Source: Mytilus edulis
Taxonomy: Eukaryota
Direction of reading: 5' to 3'
Assembly (NCBI RefSeq): GCF_963676685.1
Contig: NC_092357.1
Coordinates: 61,566,001-61,630,000, forward strand
Length of the DNA: 64,000 nucleotides
The notes under the pieces were generated by a model. The model searched no databases and was not told the DNA's origin. It saw only the letters and a list, made by a program, of their open reading frames with translations. A program made the translations under genes and the position numbers. This document shows, piece by piece, positions 38,648 through 52,802 of this stretch. Each line of letters begins with the position of its first letter. Position 1 is the first letter of the stretch.

Positions 38648-40814
38648 CACTGGGGTTAAGCTGATGACCGTAACTGCATTCACGGTCATCCCAAGATGTC
38701 AGATGAGAAATTAGGTCAATATCTGTTAAAGTGTTTCTATATCATTTTCTTTACAAAACATACATTGATACGATGTAAATTTATAAAAGATTCACACATA
38801 AATTACTAATTACTACCGAGACATGTGCATGCAACAGGAATTTCGATTTGAAAAAATTGCTCATATGACCGTAAATCACAATCGAGATGACCGTAACAGA
38901 ATCGGCGATTCATAACAAGGGTGACCGTAATTGGTTTTAAAATGACCGTAATTTGTAAATGATGACCGTAACTTTTAAAGGATGACCATCAATTCTAAGA
39001 AATATCCGTATTTATATAACTACTGTTTGTATCAAATGATTAATCGTGTTGGTATAAACGTATTTATATGAAATTATTATCCTCCTATAGGAAGAAGACA
39101 ATAAAACTTGCTTCAAATACATAGGGCACCATACGTATCTTTTTAACAGAAGCGGGCTAATTTTTTTAAATGAATTTGCAACAAGACATGCACATGAACA
39201 AGTGGGAAAAACACGCAACAAAACAGCAATAAAATGACACCTAACAAGTAAAATGAAAAAATGCGGTGTACAGCCTCCAACAACAAGTCGATTTTTTTGA
39301 AATTTCTGGGATTCCTTTTAATGACATATAATACATACACCTTTTTTAAAATGCCAATGCATGTCCACCCATTGATATTATATCGTCTTTGATTGGTCTT
39401 CCATTTTTTCTTGCAAATACAATAACGGAAAATGATTTTTTTTAAATAAAACAACCACACGAGTGAAAGTGAGCTCTAGCAAAATAGATCATTAAAATAA
39501 TTTTGTAAGAATAGCGTGTCACAAGGGAGAATATATACAGAAATGTCATTCATATATCTCGATAAATTAAGATTTTAATCTGCTTCCTCTGGAACCATAC
39601 ATGTGGGCTCGATTACCGGATTTTTTATATGTTTAATTAATGTTTTTTTATGCTCTGTTTACGGACACTATGTTTTCTGGTATGTGCGTTCGTTCGTCCG
39701 TTCGTCTGTTCGTTTCTCGTCTGTCCAGCTTCAGGTTAAAGTTGTCGGTCGAGGAAGTTTTTGATAACGTTGAAATCCAATCAACTTGAAACTTAGTAAA
39801 CATTTTCCCTATGATAGAATATTTCTAATTATAATGCCAAATTACAGTTTTATCCCATCTTCACGGTACACTGAACATAGACAACGATAGTGTAGATGAG
39901 GCATCCGTATATTAGGGACACATCCTCGTTTCTTCAACTTTTCGTCGTATCGCTGACAATTTGTATTAAAATTTCACATCATTTTAATAAATATTTCATT
40001 GTTTACGAGATATATGCAAAAGAGGGACGAAAGATACCAAAGGGACAGTCAAACTCATAAATCTAAAACAAACTGACAACGCCATGGCTAAAAATGAAAA
40101 AGACAAACAGAAAAACAATAGTACACATGACACAACATAGAAAACTAAAGAATAAACAACACGAACCCCACCAAAAACTAGGGGTGATCTCAGGTGCTCC
40201 GGAAGGGTAAGCAGATCCTGCTCCACATGCGGCACCCGTCGTGTTGCTTATGTGATTACAAATCCGGTAACTTACTATCATTGTCGTGAACTCAAATTAC
40301 GGCAAATAGTTCAAAAAATGATTATGAAACATGTTTATATCCGCTAACTAAGCCCCTATTGAGACAAACTCATAACAAAGCTATGAATACAAATACAGAT
40401 ATTTCTTAGAATTGACCGTCGTCCTTTAAAAGTTACTATCATTCTTTATAAATTACAGTCAACCCTTTACAGATTACTGTCATCCTTTACAAGTTACGGT
40501 CAGCTGTTAACCAATCACGGTCATCCTTGTTATATGTTACGGTCATCTTGAAAATATGTTGATGATGATTTACGGTCATCTTACCGATTTTTTCAAATCG
40601 AATTTCTAGTTTCATGCACATTTCTCGGAAGTAATTAGTGACTTCCGTGTGAATCTTTTATTAATTTACATCGTATCAATGTACATAAATGTATGCTTTA
40701 TAAGATCAATGATATAAAAACACTTTAACAGACAATACAGATACTGACCTAATTTTTATCCGACATCTTGAGATGACCGTGAATGCAGTTACGGTCATCA
40801 GCCTTACCCCACTG
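38648..40814. mobile_element. Non-autonomous DNA transposon with ~300-bp imperfect TIRs, 5-bp TSD (ATTAT) and nested repeats
   Basis: Left end cactggggttaagctgatgaccgtaactgcattcacggtcatc. Right end gatgaccgtgaatgcagttacggtcatcagccttaccccactg. attat at 38643-38647 and 40815-40819. Reiterated atgaccgtaa motifs. Confidence 0.8.
40019..40270 (+). repeat. Dispersed repeat (agagggacgaaagatacc family) nested in the TIR element
   Basis: Longest and least decayed copy of the family in this window. Confidence 0.75.
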
Positions 40815-41631
40815 ATTATACAACAAAATGATTTAGTTTTTCAATTACTATTTGTTATATCCGAAAATCAGAAATATAAAACAAATGAAGTTTACGTTCA
40901 CATCAAAAACAAACCATCAAATTCATGACAAAGTATACAAAACAACATCAAGACAAATTTAACGAGCACCAATTGTATAGTTTTATTGTTTATATGCACC
41001 CAACATATCCCAAGTTTTAGATTAATTTTATTTTCAAATAAGAAATTCTAGGTAATCCTAAACGTAATATTATATAGGCAGAAGTAAAACTATACTTAAC
41101 AATAAAACTATTTTCATTTACCTGAGTATTATATGACGTATTATTTTTTCTTCAAATTTGATGTTTTTCTAAAATGGTTTACATTTCACAGTAGTTTTAG
41201 CTTAATAGTTCATCCCTTATCTTTATTAACTCTGTATTTTCATTGTATCACAGATCAAATTTATTCATTTGTTAATTTCGTTTTGATTTGGGATGATCTT
41301 ATGATTGCAATATTTTTCACTTACAAATTTTTTGTTGTTGGATGAATACTTAATTGAAGATATTCCACATTTAATATTTGAATTTCTTTTCGTCGATTTA
41401 AACGTGCTCTTCTTATTATCTCGACGGTTCAACAATGCCAATATTTTTCAGGCGATGTCAGTAGAAAATAAGAGAGGGTGGACTTTAAATACTGATATTG
41501 TTGGATCTTAATTAATAAAACAGGAAAATATATGTAGAGGCGTTATACGTTAAGTCTATACATATATTAGATATCAAATATAAAACAAGGGGATATTTTC
41601 TGTAGTCATGTGGGATTATTAATTAATGGTA

Positions 41632-43824
41632 AGCTATGTTCACACTGCCGATCAGATCAACTCGATCAAGCCCGATCAAGACAAATTACTTGATCGGGAG
41701 ACTGAACTGACTCAATCGACAAGAATGTTCGGGATAGTCTACCTTGCTCGTCATCGATCTGATTTTCTACTCAAGAGTTTTTGACGTCAAAAACATTCGA
41801 GTAAGGATCGAGAAGCAAGTCACTCGAGAAGAGATCGATAATTCGTCGAGTAGCGGTCGAATTGATCTTGAAAGGAACGTATAGAGATCGAGTTGGGTCG
41901 GATTACAAAAAAAATACCAATCAGTACTCGATCATTTCGACCTTTGCTCGACTAATGTCTGATCATTTCAAGATTAACTCGACCAATGCCCGATCGCTTC
42001 AAGATCACTGCGACTTCTATATTTATATTATCCCAGACCAACTCGACCAATACCCGATATCTTCAAGACCACATTCGACCACTCTTCGATCCTTACCCGG
42101 CCTTACACGAGAAAACATGACTGCTATATACGATTCTTGTGCAGATCTGATTAACTCTCATAACTCTGCTTCCGTATAAATACATTGGCAACATTATTTT
42201 TAACTGTACAAAAATGCCTTCATGAACAGTACGCGACTTTACTTTTGCAAGGAGGGGATAACATTTTAAAAGAGAGACAAAAGACACCAAAGGAACAATC
42301 AAACCTAAAGGTAAAAAACAAACCAACACGGCCATAGCGAAAAAAGGAAACCGACGAGAAGACAAACAGCAGTCCATATAACATAGAAAACTTAAAACTT
42401 AGCAACACGTAACCCAACAAAATATTGTATAATCTCAGATGTTCCGGAAGGGAAGAAAATCCTGCAATTTTGGCACTGGCGGATTTTTCAAATATTAAAG
42501 TAATTGTGCAATAATAATCATTGTTAGACTGCTGATGAATAAGTTATCTTTCAAAGTTGGTTTATAATAACATCAAGATTATAATTCACCTGTTTTATGG
42601 GCTATTTTCTGTTTTGTCTGTCCGTATTTTCCGTTTGTTCAGAAATGTTTGTAGCATAAAAAAAATGAAGATGTGATACAATTTCCAATGAGACAGCTGT
42701 TCGCAGAATACCAAATGACACAGAAATCATCGAAAACAACTATAGGTCACCATACAGTCAATGTTTCTTTCATTCGAACTTTTTTACGTAATTTCACACA
42801 AAAATAAGACGAAAGACAAATATTTTTATTTGGTGCGAATTTCTTTCTAACAGTAACTATACAAACTGTTCAGTGAGCACAAGTTTTAATCATTTGTTTC
42901 TAACATACTTTTACAAGTTTGCATAAACTTTGGCAAACTATACACTCGCTGCAAATGCGTCTACAGTTTGTCATTCGTCGTTTGTTAGTTCAAACGATGC
43001 ATTTCTTTCTAACTTTAACATTAAATCAATTATCTAAACGTGTTCTTGCTTGCCATTACTTAAGATATTGTCTACAATTACTCAAAATTGCAATCTCCTC
43101 TAACCAAACGATGCATTTTTTTCTACTTCTGTTACGTTTAACAAACTATAACAAACGGCACACAAAGTTTATCAATCTCTCGTTAGAAAGAAATGCACTC
43201 TTGATCTCTTGATAGACATATGTAAAGCTGTAAACTGTTTTAGAAAAGGTATCCCTCCAGAGGATTGAAATTCTACATTGGGTCAAATTTTAGGGAAATT
43301 TGTGACATCTATGCCCTCTTTTGCTATATTTTTTGGCTAATACATACAGGTTGTTGCCATACAGCAAAAAGAAAAAAAATTAACCATTCAACTAATGGAT
43401 ATCAAATCTATGAAAAAAACTGGTTACATACTTATGCACATATATTTGACAAACAGTACGCTTTTATTTGTAAGAAAGCAAGGAAATGGGGATGATAAAA
43501 TTTATGTATATTGCTATCTAACATAAGTACTAATCCAGTGGCAAATCTCATTTTGTGGTGTCATTTCTGAAAAAGAGCAATACAACTACCATTACATATC
43601 AGTGTCCACTATGAGGAAGTTTTTATAAGAATTTGGTTCCTATTTATTGAGTTAGTGCAAGTCTCTCAAACTGCCCACACAGTAGTCGTCGTGTCAGCCA
43701 CTGTCGGATGGCGGTCGGATAGAAGTCGTTAACAGGCCCGATCAAGAACTTGGTTGAGCTTGGTTGTGGAAACTTGGACAATCGGGATCATCGAGTTGAT
43801 CTGATCGACAGTGTGGACATAGCT
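41632..43824. mobile_element. Non-autonomous TIR element (PIF/Harbinger-like termini)
   Basis: agctatgttcacactgccgatcagatcaactcgat ... atcgagttgatctgatcgacagtgtggacatagct, with TA immediately outside both ends. Superfamily uncertain. Confidence 0.7.
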
Positions 43825-45030
43825 TAAGGGGCCAGCTGAAGCATACCTTCGGATTCGGGATTTTGCTGTACTGAAGACCCGTTGTTGGTCTTGAGCTGTT
43901 TTCTGCTTTTTTCGTCCTTTTCTTGGTCTCTATGAAATATTTCTTATTTCTATTTTCAATTTTGGATTGATAATGGTTTGTGTAATGTAATAGTATCCTA
44001 ACGAGAAATAATTATTTCATGATTTGTAATAATGAAGTAAAAACAGTTAATGTTGTATAGATCGAATCTATAACAGTTTATTGATTTACATGTACATTTG
44101 ACTGGAGTACAGTGATTTTAAAAAAAGATGTTGTTGAATGATTGCCAAAGAGAAAATCTCCACAAGAGACCAAATGACACATACATTAACTAATATAGGT
44201 CACCGTACGACCTTGAACTAAACCCATACTGCATAGTCAGCTACAAAAAGCCCCGAAATAACCAATGTTATGCAATTCGAACGAGAAAACTAACGGCCTA
44301 ATTTATGTACAAAAAATAAACGAAAAACGAATATGTAACACACCAACTAACGACAACAAATGAATTACAGGCTCCCGACTTGACACTGGCACAACCATGC
44401 AGAAGATGGCGGGATTAAACATGTTAGCGGGATCCCAAACTTTAAATCTAACCTTGGACAATACAACATAAGAACGAACTAGACAAATCAGCTGAAAAAG
44501 AATTAGCTCATCAGATGGATACAATTAAAAAAACATCTAACAAACCACAGAGTTGACGTGGCGGGGTACTTGTATATCCCAACAACAAAAAGACACTAAG
44601 TACTCGCAGTTACCAACAGCTTGTTCAAAGCCACTAACGACTAATGCCAAACAAAAAAAATCAAGCATGTAAAACTAAATCATCAATCAGTTCACATCTA
44701 TCATCAAATGGATTAAGTGTAAAAATGTCACAAACAGTCAGAGAAAAGCATGACCTTGTTCAATGCCAACATACAGGTATCGACAGACTGTAGATCCATG
44801 AATGTGTATATGTTTATAAAAATAATATTTAAATTGCTTTTAATAAATTGATAACATAACCAGTATCAAAACCAATAAAAACAATATTCAATAATCTAAT
44901 AACACTGTTGAATTGGTTACCGCTTTATTTTAACTGCATAATTACAAATCAAAGAGGTATTTTTTGCTGGCTCAACTGTAGAGGGCTTTAATTTTTACAC
45001 GTGTCCGTCTTTATGTCCGTACGTACGTCC

Positions 45031-45329
45031 AGATCTCACAAACATGTTTAACCCCGCCGCATTTTTGCGCCTGTCCCAAGTCAGGAGCCTCTGGCCTTTG
45101 TTAGTCTTGTATTATTTTAACTTTAGTTTCTTGTGTACAATTTGGAAATTAGTATGGCGTTCATTATCACTGAACTAGTATATATTTGTTTAGGGGCCAG
45201 CTGAAGGACGCCTCCGGGTGCGGGAATTTCTCGCTACATTGAAGACCTGTTGGTGACCTTCTGCTGTTGTTTTTTATTTGGTCGGGTTGTTGTCTCTTTG
45301 ACACATTCCCCATTTCCATTCTCAATTTT
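45031..45329 (+). repeat. Penelope 3'-tail-derived repeat, short young copy
   Basis: Near-identical to 3282-3580 and 50311-50601. Confidence 0.85.
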
Positions 45330-46489
45330 ATGTTCCGTATATAGGACAAAAACACAACGTACATTCGGTTTTACAGACCCGACATGACACATTTAGAAAA
45401 CCAACAGCCATATAATTTCTGAAATTCATGTCATCAATTATTTCCCTATAATTCTTCTTCATTTACCATCGATTTTTGTATTATCAGGATGAATAATCAT
45501 CATATGCCCTTTTTATGAATACTCTATGTTCGCTTCGAATTCATTAGTTAAAGAAAATTTTGATGGTTCGCTTGTTTACTTAATAACAAATAAATCATTT
45601 TTAAGCAAAAACCATTACACTATTTTTTATCTTCCAAAACTCAAAGCGAAACTCGTTTACAGACAGGTATTGTGGGATATCACAAAAAATGATTACTCCG
45701 AAGAAAATTGAAAACGGAAAGTCCCTAATCAAATGGGGAAATCAAAAGCTCAAATACCAAACAAAATTTAAATAACTGTCATATTCCTGACTTGGTACAG
45801 CCATGATCTTAGGTAGAAAATGATGGATTAAACCTGGTATTATAGCTAGCTAAACCTCACACTAGTATGACAGTAGTATCACATTCCATTGTATTGACAA
45901 CGATGTGCGAACAAAACAAACAGACATAATAGGTGAAAATACGGGTACAGCAGTACACTTTTGTTAGTATCTTAATCACAATTAAAGCAAAAAAATGTGT
46001 CACAAAGAAGCACAAAAAGGCATATCGTATATCGTTTTTTTTCCGCGTCGGTTTGTTTTCGCGATTCCATGACTAAATTGGTATGTTAAATTTTCACTGT
46101 GTATAATTTACGCTGAACGAGAAAATTCACGCGAAAATAAAACTGTATCGTATTGTTTAAGATGAAAGTAACACAAACCGGATCGACTGACAGGTAATCG
46201 ATCACAAACAGAAACCAATAAAACAAACCAAAGTACACAATTTAGAACTTTTAAGGATGCATATTGGGGCATGCTAAAAGTTGAAGGTTTTGATCAATAC
46301 AGATATACAAATATATGTATAAGAGTGATTTAATTTAATTATATTTTTACATTAAATGCCTATTGTTGGATTATGACACCTATATAAATGAAAGACAAAA
46401 ATACAAAAATATTCATAGAACAATGACAAGATGGCGGAATGTATAAGTACAGAATCGCTTCAAATAAATATCACCAAAAAAACGATATC

Positions 46490-47702
46490 TAGATGATAAG
46501 AACGTCAGTACTCATAATATATATTTCAAGACCAACTCGTATTATTTGTGAAGTTGATACGGGTATTTATCAACACGGTATTGGTACCTTCCGGTACACT
46601 TTTTAAAAGAAATGGCGAGACGTTATTCAGGTTTTTGTTCAGACACTGGTGACGTTCTATAAAGTCTGAGTAAGATCTACAAGCTCATACATACCGATAA
46701 AACTGGGAAAATGCATATTTCATATGCAGGTGAAGTTAGTATATTGCTACTAAGGTTTGGGAAATAATTATAATAGTGATTATTTCAAAATTCAAGTCGT
46801 CTCGTTTGTCATATTTTCCAGTACTAAGATGACTGTGTATGTCAAATTCGATGGTATATGTCTGAAAATGAGGCAGAGGTAGCCGTGCCTGTGGTCTTCC
46901 TTTAAGTGTTAGTTCTGTAGGATATATTAATGTAACCCAATCAGAAAAATTCTAATGGGAAAGGACAGCAGCAATATATCTGAATGTGAACATAAAACAT
47001 TTCCTTGATATTCTTGATTTTGACAAGTGTCTGAACAAACGCCGTTTCATTTGAAAATAAGGAAAGGTATGCAAAGAGAGGTGCATAGTTCGTTCCCATA
47101 CGAATGCCGTCAATTTGTTGAAAAAATATACCACCAAGTTCAACAAATATGTTGTCAAAAAATACTTCAGCATACTGATCACGTGTTCCCCAGTGTAGCA
47201 TGTTTGTTTTACTTTTTTATTCACTTTAAATAAAATACGCCGTATTATTTCCCTTAGTAATAGACTTATAGCGCATGCTACAATTTTTATATAGAAAAGC
47301 ATTGTGAATTATTTCTTTTAGACTATTTTTCAATTTCACATTGGGAATTGTGGTGCACAATGTTGAAAAATCAAAATTTTTGATAGTACTATTTTGTTAT
47401 TTAAAATCATTCAAAAGTTCTTTAATTTTTTTTAGAATCCGTATATGATTAATGTTTTCTGGCGTTTGTTAATACCACTACGCCTGTAAACAGTTTCACA
47501 GAATTTTGAAAGACCCCCTTACCTTGCGGACAGATAATTTGTCAATCTAATAGATAATTCTTTAGGCGAACATGCAGATAAGCCGGCAATGTTCCGTTGT
47601 TTGTACGGAACTTTGTCAAGCTTATATACACAATTCAAACAAGGAACGTCCTCCGATTTGTTGTTCAATGTAATGTTCATTGGTGCCGTAAAGGACTTGT
47701 GA
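46490..47702 (-). mobile_element. Degenerate Penelope-like RT (same subfamily as 9200-10850)
   Basis: Reads DNIFVELGGIFFQQIDGIRMGTNYAPLFAYL and FTFRYI. Reverse-complement similarity to 9530-10760. Confidence 0.85.
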
Positions 47703-50700
47703 TCTGAAATGGCCTCGACCGGTCTTGACCTATCTCAACTAGTCTTGTCCTTCAAATTACTCTCGACTGGTCAGAATCAAACCATATAACTAAATTTAAT
47801 ATAATTGATCTTACAAAATTCCAGGTAATTTGGGAGTTTGGTTTGTTGCTGTGAAATTACAGAATTCATTCAATGGACTGAGACTATAATTATTAATATA
47901 ATCAGTTTTATACAGTTGTAATGGTTATACAATATACATACATGTACATATAATAAACAATTTTTATTGTCATTTTTTGTCGGGAATATACATACTGATT
48001 CCCGTATTAAATTGCTTATCCCCGAGGGCTTATTTCATGCGGCTAGGTCAATAATTAATTCATTTGATTAATTCAAATGTCTAATGTGGGACCACATTTA
48101 ATTTATTACAAAACTATAAATTAATACCATATTCATTCTTCATTTATCTGTACATAAATAGAAAAGAAAAAACACAATGACAAATTATACTTTATGCATC
48201 AGGTAAGTATTTAATCACGCATTTGGACATTTTATTTGAAGTCGACAAATACACAAATTATTCACAATTTTAAAAAGCTGTTTTATTACGTGGTTTTTAT
48301 TGTGAGAAACATTTTCAATATATCTCAAATATAACAAAATACACCAAAAAATGTAGTTTTGATACATAAGATAGTATTTACTTGAGTATTTGACAAATAT
48401 ATTGGACATTGTATGAAAAAAGTAGTTTTTCAGTGTCTTACTATGCAGAAACGGGTGGAGACTTAAAGAGAACTTTTATGTGTTAAGTTGTATGAATAAT
48501 CTAAAAGACTGTTATGAATTTCAATGACTTTTACTGGCGAACTAATAGAATATTGAGCTTTAGCCTAGTAATTTTTAGGCATGGAATAAAATTCTCGCAA
48601 TAACGGAATACAATTTGCCAGAAAAAGGTAAACAATTCAATAATTCTTTTATGTAAATATGATTTCTCATCATCAATAAATATTTCCTTGTGAAAACTTG
48701 TTATAACCTACATAGATGCAATAGAGTTTTAATTTAGAACAAGTATACATCGATCTTTCACAAAATTTGAAATTGCCAAACGGGAGCTAAAATTGAACCA
48801 CTTGACATGAAAGTTTTGCACACCACACCCTGACAACTGTTTCTCCTCTAAGCTATCTCCATTATGTATTTGTCTCACAAAATACCAGGTTATTTGGTAA
48901 TTCGGTTCATCGCTGTCAAATTTAAATATTTAAAGTATAGGTATCTATTTGAATTTAGTCAACACTGATTTCTTTACCTATCAAGTCCATGACTTTGATA
49001 GCAAAACACCAAAATACAAAACAACCTAGGATTTTTTGTGATAAATATATATTAAAGATAGCTGACAAGTTTGGTGAAAATCCAAGCCGATTTGAAAAAG
49101 TTATACAATTTTGAAAATTACACCTTTGTTTTGTTTAAACAAGAATTTAATATGATCATGATAGAGTTTGCATAGCAATCATTGATAACCTTTTAAAAAA
49201 AATGTTTTCGAAAGTTGCAGTTACAATTGATTTCAATCAAATTTAAATACTTTTTGCCAAATCAAAGACAGGACATACAAGAAGTGCTTTAATGAGGTTT
49301 AACAACATCAGAACATGTATGTTTCACAGGTAAAAAGAATGACCTATGTATTACTAGTGAATTCAAAAGTCCTTGCGATTTAAATTTAACAGGATGATGC
49401 AATTTTGAATGCTATTTAGGATTTAATACCCTCTGAGCAGGTGTGATCTTTTTAATGAATTTGACCCAAGCAGGAGGTTTTCGAGGTTCTTGCGAAAAAT
49501 ATCAGTTAAGAGTTTTGAGATTTCACAAGCCGCTAGGCGAAGATATATTATACCAATACTGGCATTTTTCGCAAAATACCCTTCATAAAATGATATATCT
49601 GTTTAATTACACCTAATTCATTTTGATTGAAACTGTCTGTATAGGTGGAAGGAAATCGTAGTACCGCGGGAATTACACATGTACTTACACGCGGAATTCC
49701 TGTATTTTTGAAACGTCATGGTAACTATGTTAAATGTTATTGTCATTCCATCATTAAAACGTTCATTAACCATGTTATCTTAATTATCGGGATTAAACGA
49801 GAAAGGTTCCGAATAATTTTGGCGGGAAGAGGCTATCGAGGATCTAAAATTGCAAATACCACAACAGAGAGGTGAATTTGAGGATAATTTGAATTGAAAT
49901 TTGGATAAAAAAATAGACAAATTCGTTTGAAATGAGGAAACAATGCATATAGGGTCTTTGCATCGGAACTAAACACATTTATTCAAAAACCAGTTGTTGG
50001 CATGACACGGGTTATGTTCTTCTCATATATGTTATGATGGTATGATACTAAACCCCTAACGAGAAGGATTGTGCCTGATATTCATATGGTGAAATCATAA
50101 TCTTTCAATCACTTTAATTAAAGTCTGGAGCTGGCATGTCAGTTAACTGCTAGTAGTCTGTTGTTATCTATGTATTATTGTCATTTTGTTTATTTTCTTT
50201 GGTTACATCTTCTGACATCAGACTCGGACTTCTCTTGAATTGAATTTTAAATGTGCTTATTGTTATGCATTTACTTTTCTACATTGGCTAGAGGTATAGG
50301 GGGAGGGTTGAGATCTCGTAAACATGTTTAACCCCGCCGCATTTTCCCCAAGTCAGGAGCTTCTGGCCTTTGTTAGTCTTGTATTTTTTTAATTTTAGTT
50401 TCTTGTGTACAATTTGGAAATTAGTATGGCGTTCATTATCACTGAACTAGTATATATTTGTTTAGGGGCCAGCTGAAGGACGCCTCCGGGTGCGGGAATT
50501 TTTCGTTGCATTGAAGACCTGTTGGTGACCTTCTGCTGGTTTTTTTTCTATGGTCGGGTTGTTGTCTCTTTGACACATTCCCCATTTCCATTCTCAATTT
50601 TATTCTTATATAAGGTGTTACTATACTTTTTACTTCACAACTATATTACTTTATTTAATTTTTGTCCCTTTTTTGATACATGTTATATATACTTATCCCA

Positions 50701-51595
50701 AATTATAAAAAATGATATATTTCTAATGTAAGGTTGAACAATTTCAGTGATTTTGTTGGCTGTTGTTACCTCATTAAACTATTGTATGTAACCATGAAAC
50801 CTAGGTATTTAAATTTTGTATTTTACAAAATTAAGTTTAAAAAATCACATACCAAATAAAAGGCTAAATAACCCTCAGTATAGGTGTGGTTTTTTAGGTA
50901 AAAGAAAATCGTTTTATTATTTGTCTATGTGTCTATTTGTCTTTTCCTTTTTAGCCAAGGTGTTGTCAGTATATTTTAGATCTATGAGTTTGACTGTTCC
51001 TCTTGTATCACTCGCCCCTCTTTTGATAAAAATCCAAGTTGAAAAGGTAATAATGTTTTTAAAGATGACTATCTGAACATGGTGAATTTAGTCCGAATTG
51101 CGAATAGTAACTTTTTTTTTACCTATATTAATTAAATCCTTAAATGTGACAACAATACACTAAACTACATAACTGAGATAACTGTCTCGTTTTTTGAAAA
51201 TCCAAGTTAATTTGAAAAAGAAATAAAGGAAATTTAAAATCGACTACCTGAATTCAGTCCGACTGAAAATTCCATTTTTTTTTACGTCAAATTTTGCAGT
51301 AATAAATCAAACTACTAACCAATCTGGCATAATCATGTTGGTTTGAAAAAATACAGAAAAATAAAAGATATAACTATCTTAATTTTATCAAAACTGAAAA
51401 TGTTTGCTCCTTTTTACCTGATAATTAAATTCTTTATTTCACAGCAATCCACCAAACTGCCAAAAAAACTTTTCTGACCAGTCAAGACTAAATTTAAAGG
51501 TCAAGACTAGTCGAGACAAGTTGAAACTGGTCGAGACTGGCCAAGACTGAGTCGAGACTGCGAGACAGGTGGAGACCGGTCGAGATCATTTCAGA
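47703..51595. mobile_element. Putative large TIR-bounded element with nested repeats
   Basis: tctgaaatggcctcgaccggtct at 47703 is inverted relative to agaccggtcgagatcatttcaga ending at 51595. Subterminal gtcgagac repeats. No TSD seen. Confidence 0.45.
49948..50601 (+). repeat. Penelope 3'-tail-derived repeat (~650 bp)
   Basis: Closely matches 2920-3580. Confidence 0.88.
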
Positions 51596-52508
51596 CTACA
51601 CCAAGATCATAGAGTACTGAATCAGACCTATTAGGTAAAGTTGGAACCAAAGTCGACATAATAAAGCGACATATGTTATTTATAGAAAATTTATATATTT
51701 TTTTAAATCTCGAAAGTTTGGCCTAAATCATTTTAAACATAGTGTGTGCATGGAGTATAACAATGTTATTACAAATATTCAAAATCAAATAAATGGAGCA
51801 ACTGACAAAGTTTTTCTTGAACGTCATGTTCTTTTGATACCTGATAAAGATACAAAACACGAAAAATTTATTCAATTAAAACATAATATTGACAAGATAG
51901 ATGAAAATGTAAAAAAAAATTGGTTAAAATTGTCATTGGTTTTGATCTTAAATATATTTAGATAAAAACACATTTCAAACACAGTTTATAAAACAATTTT
52001 TGTTCATGAACAGAAAAACTATCCGGACGCTCGGCTTCGTGTAGATTTCGTAGCAGCTGGTTAATTTTTTGAAACTTGATTTTTGAGTTTCTGCGGTGAT
52101 TATACATTGAGCATATTAGTTATAAGCAAAGATTGTGTGCTGTGTTTTTATTTTTGCGTCAAATAAAGGAAAACATTGCATAGATACTTTTGCAATTTTT
52201 TTACCACAATCATTTCATGAGGTAGGACATTTTATTTAATATGTTAGATGTTTATTTATAAGAATAATAATATAAGAATACTAAAAGAATATCAAATTAC
52301 CATTCATGTTCCCACAATAATTCGTTGGGAACATGCTACGATAAAATAGATACTACCGATAAGACTTCTTGGTACATCATTGATAGTAAAAAAATTGTCA
52401 GACACAGAAACGTTTTGGGCAAACATATCAATATGGGACTACGAAGTCTTATATATCAAAGGAATAATAACTCTCCAGGCTCAACATAATATGAAATTAA
52501 AAACTAAC

Positions 52509-52802
52509 CTCCAGGTACACAAATGCTTGTTTCGTCACTTTGTTTACTTTCGTAGGAGTTATTTACGTATGTTGATATTCTAAACCGGTTAATAGTTGAG
52601 GGTAAAATATTAGAGCATGGCTTTGAACAGTACAGTGTGTCTGGTTCAACTGCCCAGAAATCGTCATTCTTCCATTTATCAGTACTGGTTTCAGTTATAT
52701 AAATTCTATATTCCGTTATTTTCATTGGTAAATTGGCAGGTTTTGACCATCTAAACTTCAGAGAATCCGCTTCCTTCGTAACTGTAAAGTCACTTGGTGG
52801 GC
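52509..52802 (-). CDS. FN3 exon type A (294 nt, phase 1-1)
   Basis: ttttacag|...|gttagt. Encodes GPPSDFTVTKEADSLKFRWSKPANLPMKITEYRIYITETSTDKWKNDDFWAVEPDTLYCSKPCSNILPSTINRFRISTYVNNSYESKQSDETSICVPG. Confidence 0.92.

Noticed and set aside
52380-52583. Repeated plus-strand ORFs MIVKKLSDTETF... (also 55447 and 60680) and overlapping MMFHH... ORFs
   Set aside because: They recur only because the 3-kb unit is duplicated. They are antisense or off-frame shadows of the FN3 exons.
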